From: a candidate division TM6 bacterium RIFCSPHIGHO2_12_FULL_36_22
Lineage (GTDB): Bacteria > Babelota > Babeliae > Babelales > UBA12409
Direction: 5' to 3'
Assembly: GCA_001771315.1 (NCBI GenBank)
Contig: METK01000008.1
Coordinates: forward strand, 30,624-94,623
DNA: 64,000 bases
Each line of letters opens with the position of its first letter. Within the stretch, counting starts at the first letter, position 1. This document shows, in pieces, positions 63,956-64,000 of this stretch. Below the pieces are notes generated by a model. The model did not search any database. It was not told the DNA's origin and worked only from the letters and a program-made list of their open reading frames with translations. The position numbers were made by a program, and so were the translations under genes.

Positions 63956-64000
63956 ATGATTACAGTTAAGAATGGTCTTTTGATTTCTGTTGAAGGGATT
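63956..64000 (+). CDS. tmk: probable thymidylate kinase, first 15 codons only
   Basis: MITVKNGLLISVEGI resembles the Tmk N-terminus (G.FI..EG.DG.GKST), but it is truncated by the window edge before the P-loop. Confidence 0.35.
   Translation, partial: MITVKNGLLISVEGI

Overview
This is an AT-rich bacterial chromosomal window. It has about 70 protein genes and two tRNAs (Leu-UAA, Cys-GCA). I found no rRNA, CRISPR array, transposase or integrase. Housekeeping genes are serS, metG, gltX, topA, typA, rpsU, rbfA, lepB, bamA, two HU paralogs, sufS/sufU and cysK. Mixed among them are many importers: two sodium:solute symporters, potABCD, an APC permease, an EamA/DMT carrier and an ATP/ADP-translocase-type nucleotide transporter. 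The window also carries a batA-E type operon, scattered type IV pilus genes (split pilB, pilD, one pilin) and several lineage-specific clusters of small secreted or membrane coiled-coil paralogs. This gene mix suggests a host-dependent, energy-parasitic bacterium, possibly like candidate phylum Dependentiae/TM6, but that is inference and not a database result. The observations most worth a second look:
1. An F-type ATPase a subunit is followed by one 320-aa protein built of four fused c-subunit hairpins, with E/Q/E/D at the ion-carrier positions. No b or F1 genes follow it.
2. A roughly 48-bp palindromic intergenic repeat occurs five times and carries an embedded Shine-Dalgarno plus ATG.
3. 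A roughly 440-bp tandem duplication left a lepB 3' pseudogene.
4. PilB is split into a separate N-terminal-domain gene and an ATPase-core gene.
5. There are tandem paralog families of signal/TM plus coiled-coil proteins, and DUF2059-like proteins, one fused to an exported CPPC thioredoxin.
6. A promoter, a His-rich mini-ORF and a terminator sit upstream of a symporter.
All calls come from reading the translations and the DNA. No searches were run.
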